Assembly: GCA_051866635.1 (NCBI GenBank)
Contig: JBJDXJ010000038.1
Location: forward strand, 1-64,000
DNA from: Clostridia bacterium
GTDB taxonomy: Bacteria > Bacillota > Clostridia > UMGS1883
DNA: 64,000 nt
Direction: 5' to 3'
This document shows, one piece after another, positions 60,143-64,000 of this stretch. The stretch's first letter is position 1, and each line of letters opens with the position of its first letter. Under the pieces are notes generated by a model, which was not told where the DNA came from, did not search any database, and saw nothing but the letters and a program-made list of their open reading frames with translations. Position numbers and translations under genes: made by a program.

Positions 60143-62074
60143 ATGAGTAAAGGTAAATTTTATATTACTACACCTATATATTATCCAAGTGACAAACTTC
60201 ATATCGGTCATGCATACTGTACTGTAGCGGCAGACAGCATTGCAAGATATAAGAGAGCACAGGGCTATGACGTAATGTTTTTAACAGGTACTGACGAACA
60301 CGGTCAGAAAATTCAGCGTAAGGCAGAAGCTAAGGGCGTTACACCGCAGGAATATGTTGACAACATCGTTTTAGGCATTAAGGACTTGTGGAAATTAATG
60401 AACGTTTCCAACGACCGCTTTATCCGTACAACAGACGAAATGCACGTAAAAGCCGTTCAGAAAATTTTCAACAAGCTTTACGAAAAGGGCGATATTTATA
60501 AAAGCGAATACGAAGGTTTATACTGCACACCTTGCGAAGCCTTCTGGACCCCCACCCAGCTTAAGGACGGCAAGTGTCCCGACTGTGGCGGCAATGTTGA
60601 AAAAACAAAGGAGGAAAGCTATTTCTTCCGTCTTTCAAAATATCAGGATAAGTTAATCGATTTAATTGAAAATAACCCCGACTTTTTACAGCCTGCTTCA
60701 AGGCAAAACGAAATGTTAAATAACTTCCTCCGCCCGGGGCTTGAGGATTTGTGCGTTTCAAGAACAAGCTTTAACTGGGGTATTCCCGTAACATTTGACC
60801 CTAAGCATGTTGTGTACGTATGGCTTGATGCACTTACAAACTACATTACTGCTATGGGTGCATTTACTGACAATGATGAGGACTTTAAAAAGTACTGGCC
60901 CTGTGACGTACATCTTGTGGGCAAGGAAATCGTAAGGTTCCATTCAATAATCTGGCCTGCTATGCTTATGGCACTTGATTTGCCCCTTCCTAAGCAGATT
61001 TTCGGTCACGGTTGGCTTAAAATCGACGGGGATAAGATGAGCAAGAGTAAGGGAAACGTGGTTGACCCTGTTGTACTTGTAAATAATTACGGCGTTGACG
61101 CTATCAGGTATTTCTTGATGCGTGAAGTTCCCTTCGGAAGCGACGGCGACTTTACAAACGAAACACTTATTGCACGTATTAACGCAGACCTTGCAAACGA
61201 TTTGGGTAACCTTGTTTCAAGAACTGTTGCGATGGTTGAAAAGTACTTTGGCGGCACCATCCCCGAAGAAAGAGAAACAGCGGATATTGATAACGAGCTT
61301 ATTTCACTTGCATCAAAAACAGCTGAAAATGTTGAAAAACTGATGGATTCCTTTGATTTTTCCAACGCACTCAGCGAAATATGGAAACTTATTTCAAGAG
61401 CAAACAAGTACATTGATGAAACAACACCCTGGGTACTTAGTAAGGATGAAACAAAGAAGGCACGCCTTGCCACGGTAATGTATAACCTTGTTGAATGTTT
61501 GCGTATCGTTTCCGAGCTTATACGCCCTGTAATGCCAAACACAACGCCCAAAATCCTTGAACAGATTGGATGCGACTCATACGGTTGGGACAGTGCAAAG
61601 GAATACGGCAAGGCAAAGAATGTAACAGTTAAGAAGGGCGAAGTTTTATTCCCCCGTATAGACCTGGAAAAAGAGCTTGAACGCCTTGAACAGGAAAAGA
61701 AGGCAAAGGAAGAACCACCTAAAAAGACAATTGAAAAGCCCGAAGAAAAGGAAGAAATCACAATTGACGAATTTTGCAAGATTGACCTTCGTGTAGGTAC
61801 GGTACTTTCTTGCGAAAAGGTTAAAAAGTCAAACAAGCTTTTAAAGTTCCGGCTTGACTTTGGCTATGAACAGCGTCAGATTGTATCGGGTATTGCAAAA
61901 TATTATAACCCTGACGATTTAATAGGCAAGCAGGTTGTGGCAGTTGTTAATCTTAAGCCCGTAAAACTTTGCGGTGAGGACAGTTTCGGTATGATTTTGT
62001 CTGCCGCAAATGGTGAAGAGCTTTCACTTGTATCGCCTATTGCACCTATTACAGAGGGCAGTGAGGTACGATAA
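60143..62074 (+). CDS. metG: Methionine--tRNA ligase
   Basis: YITTPIYYP...HIGH, GTDEHGQK, KMSKS, C-terminal tRNA-binding domain. Confidence 0.97.
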   Translation: MSKGKFYITTPIYYPSDKLHIGHAYCTVAADSIARYKRAQGYDVMFLTGTDEHGQKIQRKAEAKGVTPQEYVDNIVLGIKDLWKLMNVSNDRFIRTTDEMHVKAVQKIFNKLYEKGDIYKSEYEGLYCTPCEAFWTPTQLKDGKCPDCGGNVEKTKEESYFFRLSKYQDKLIDLIENNPDFLQPASRQNEMLNNFLRPGLEDLCVSRTSFNWGIPVTFDPKHVVYVWLDALTNYITAMGAFTDNDEDFKKYWPCDVHLVGKEIVRFHSIIWPAMLMALDLPLPKQIFGHGWLKIDGDKMSKSKGNVVDPVVLVNNYGVDAIRYFLMREVPFGSDGDFTNETLIARINADLANDLGNLVSRTVAMVEKYFGGTIPEERETADIDNELISLASKTAENVEKLMDSFDFSNALSEIWKLISRANKYIDETTPWVLSKDETKKARLATVMYNLVECLRIVSELIRPVMPNTTPKILEQIGCDSYGWDSAKEYGKAKNVTVKKGEVLFPRIDLEKELERLEQEKKAKEEPPKKTIEKPEEKEEITIDEFCKIDLRVGTVLSCEKVKKSNKLLKFRLDFGYEQRQIVSGIAKYYNPDDLIGKQVVAVVNLKPVKLCGEDSFGMILSAANGEELSLVSPIAPITEGSEVR

Positions 62075-62844
62075 TGTTATTTGACGTTCATGCACATTAC
62101 GATGACGAGCGTTTTGACGAGGACAGGGATATTATCCTGTCCTCAATGCATGATAACAACGTTGGTCATATTATAAATATAGGTTGCGATATTGAGTCAA
62201 GCGAAAAAAGTATTGAACTTAGCGAAAAATATCATTTCGTATATGCGGCAGTGGGCTTTCACCCCCACGAAGCGGAAAATGTAAGAATAGGCGACTACGA
62301 CAGAATAATTGAAATGGCAAAACACGAAAAGGTGGTTGCCATAGGTGAAATCGGACTTGATTACTATTACGGCAAAGACACTATGGAAATTCAGCGTAAG
62401 GTTTTTTTTGAGCAGATTGAGCTTGCAAAAAGTGTTGATTTGCCCTTTCAGGTTCACTCTCGCGATTCCACCCGTGACTGTCTTGCAATTTTAAAAGAGG
62501 CAAAGATGGGCGACAGACGTGGTATGATGCACTGCTTTTCAGAAAGCAGAGAAACTGCCCGTGAAATGCTTAACTTAGGCATGAAAATTTCAATAGGCGG
62601 TATTGTAACCTTTAAAAATAACGTGAAAACCGTTGAGGTTGTAAAATACGTACCCATTGAAGAAATGATGATTGAGACAGACTCTCCCTATCTTGCACCG
62701 GTGCCTTATCGCGGCAAGCGTAACAGTTCGGTGTATATGCACGCTGTGGCTGAAAAAATTGCCCTGTTAAAGGGCATGGATGTAGAAGAGGTTGTGGCAA
62801 TTACGGAAAAGAACGCAAAAGACTTTTTTAATATTAAGGACTGA
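62074..62844 (+). CDS. tatD: TatD family hydrolase
   Basis: DVHAH, G.HP, GEIGLDYY, HSR, HCFS, ETDSPYL.P. Confidence 0.95.
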   Translation: MLFDVHAHYDDERFDEDRDIILSSMHDNNVGHIINIGCDIESSEKSIELSEKYHFVYAAVGFHPHEAENVRIGDYDRIIEMAKHEKVVAIGEIGLDYYYGKDTMEIQRKVFFEQIELAKSVDLPFQVHSRDSTRDCLAILKEAKMGDRRGMMHCFSESRETAREMLNLGMKISIGGIVTFKNNVKTVEVVKYVPIEEMMIETDSPYLAPVPYRGKRNSSVYMHAVAEKIALLKGMDVEEVVAITEKNAKDFFNIKD

Positions 62845-62846
62845 AT

Positions 62847-63449
62847 ATGATGAACATTATTGCATACCCCATAGGGGACAGCTTATACTTAAACTTAACA
62901 AACCGTTGTACAAATGCGTGTACTTTTTGTGTGCGTACAACAACAGATGAAGGCATGGGCTACGACTTGTGGATTGACAAAGAGCCTACAGTTGATGAAA
63001 TGGTAGAGGACATAAAGGCAAAGGGTGTTGAAAAATATAAGGAACTTGTCCTTTGCGGTTACGGCGAACCTACGGAAAGGTTTTTTGACATGATTGAGGT
63101 TGTACGGCAAATTAAAGAATACTGCCATATAAAAGTCCGCCTTAACACAAACGGTCACGCCAACATGATTGCAGGGGAAGATGTAACAGGACATATGGAA
63201 GGACTTATTGATGTTGTGTCAATCTCCCTTAATGCTCCCAATGCAAAAAAATATAACGAAATTTGTAACTGCCAATACGGTGAAGAAGGCTTTTACGGTA
63301 TGTTGGAATTTGCAAAATGTGCAAAGAAATATGTGCCGGAAGTGGTATTTTCTGTTGTTGATGTTATGGACAAGGAAGATATTGATGCCTGCAGACAGAT
63401 TGCCGAGGAAATCGGCGTTAAATTCCGTGTAAGAGAGCTCATAAAATAA
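62847..63449 (+). CDS. TatD-associated radical SAM protein
   Basis: LYLNLTNRCTNACTFCVR (CxxxCxxC), CGYGEPT, RLNTNG, SISLNA; follows tatD. Confidence 0.88.
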   Translation: MMNIIAYPIGDSLYLNLTNRCTNACTFCVRTTTDEGMGYDLWIDKEPTVDEMVEDIKAKGVEKYKELVLCGYGEPTERFFDMIEVVRQIKEYCHIKVRLNTNGHANMIAGEDVTGHMEGLIDVVSISLNAPNAKKYNEICNCQYGEEGFYGMLEFAKCAKKYVPEVVFSVVDVMDKEDIDACRQIAEEIGVKFRVRELIK

Positions 63450-63463
63450 ACAGGGGTGAGGTT

Positions 63464-64000
63464 ATGAAGATAGGTATTATCGGTGCCGGCAGGGTGGGGG
63501 TCAGCTTTGGACGTCTCCTTTACGAAAAAAACCTTTTGTCGGGCTTTTATTCCGATGTATATCCCACATTTGACTATCCTGTTTTTGAAACTGCAGAAAT
63601 GCTTTGTAATGCTTCTGATATAATATTTATAACAGTGCCTGACAAAGCCATAAATACTGTATGGAATGAAATTAAAGGCTACTGTGAAAATAAAACAGTG
63701 TGCCATATGTCAGGAGCCATGAGTGCTTATGACGCTTTCGGCGACAAAAAGGAAGCGGCAAGTCTGCATCCTATGATGGCAGTATCCTCCATAAACAGTA
63801 CGGAAGAATTAAAAACTGCCATCTTCACTGTTGAGGGTGGCAAGGCAGATGCTATTATAGATATGTTTCCTTTCCTTGACATAAGAAAGATTAACTCTGA
63901 CAAAAAGAAGCTTTATCATGCTTCATGTGTTTTTGCAAGCAATCTCTTGCAGGCAGTTTTGCAGATTAGTATTGACAATTTGACAAAATGCGGTTTTAAT
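63464..64000 (+). CDS. Rossmann-like DUF2520 oxidoreductase, 3'-truncated by the window edge
   Basis: Hand translation MKIGIIGAGRVG..., IFITVPD.AI, CHMSGA, SLHPM, KKLYHASCVFASN; no stop before the end. Confidence 0.85.
   Translation, partial: MKIGIIGAGRVGVSFGRLLYEKNLLSGFYSDVYPTFDYPVFETAEMLCNASDIIFITVPDKAINTVWNEIKGYCENKTVCHMSGAMSAYDAFGDKKEAASLHPMMAVSSINSTEELKTAIFTVEGGKADAIIDMFPFLDIRKINSDKKKLYHASCVFASNLLQAVLQISIDNLTKCGFN

Noticed and set aside
61087-61836. 249-aa minus-strand ORF
   Set aside because: Ser/Phe-rich antisense shadow of metG
62074-63449. tatD plus radical SAM as a novel system
   Set aside because: Known conserved pairing downstream of metG in Clostridia

Overview
64-kb chromosomal window from a low-GC Clostridia (Bacillota) genome, judged from sigmaA-type promoters, strong SD sites, SLH/copper-amine-oxidase-stalk surface proteins and Firmicute gene order. 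The right two-thirds is mostly core genes: rsmI, trmN6, ferredoxin, dusB, guaB, eda, mscS, fic, two LysM genes, the rimP-nusA-infB-rbfA-truB-ribF operon, polA-coaE-slt, rpmB, and a ~20-kb co-oriented run leuCDB-yqeG-aroE/aroK-yggS-sepF-ylmH-divIVA-ileS-lspA-rluD-pyrBCFKD-metG-tatD-radical SAM. The left ~22 kb is a mosaic of accessory genes: surface proteins, GH127 and GH31 glycosidases, and MerR/ABC modules. The most notable signals are: (1) an HTH-darG-darT DNA ADP-ribosylation toxin-antitoxin/defence operon in antitoxin-first order, enclosed with a collapsed RAYT-like transposase remnant between perfect 18-bp inverted REP-like repeats; (2) an integrase-less araC/GH31 islet bounded by a 36-bp duplication of the rsmI 3' end; (3) two inverted copies of a ~165-bp highly structured MITE; (4) a ~220-nt structured intergenic element with alternative pairings; (5) a tandem active and apparently dead L,D-transpeptidase pair. 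No rRNA, tRNA or CRISPR array was seen. All family calls come from motif recognition by eye; no database search was run.
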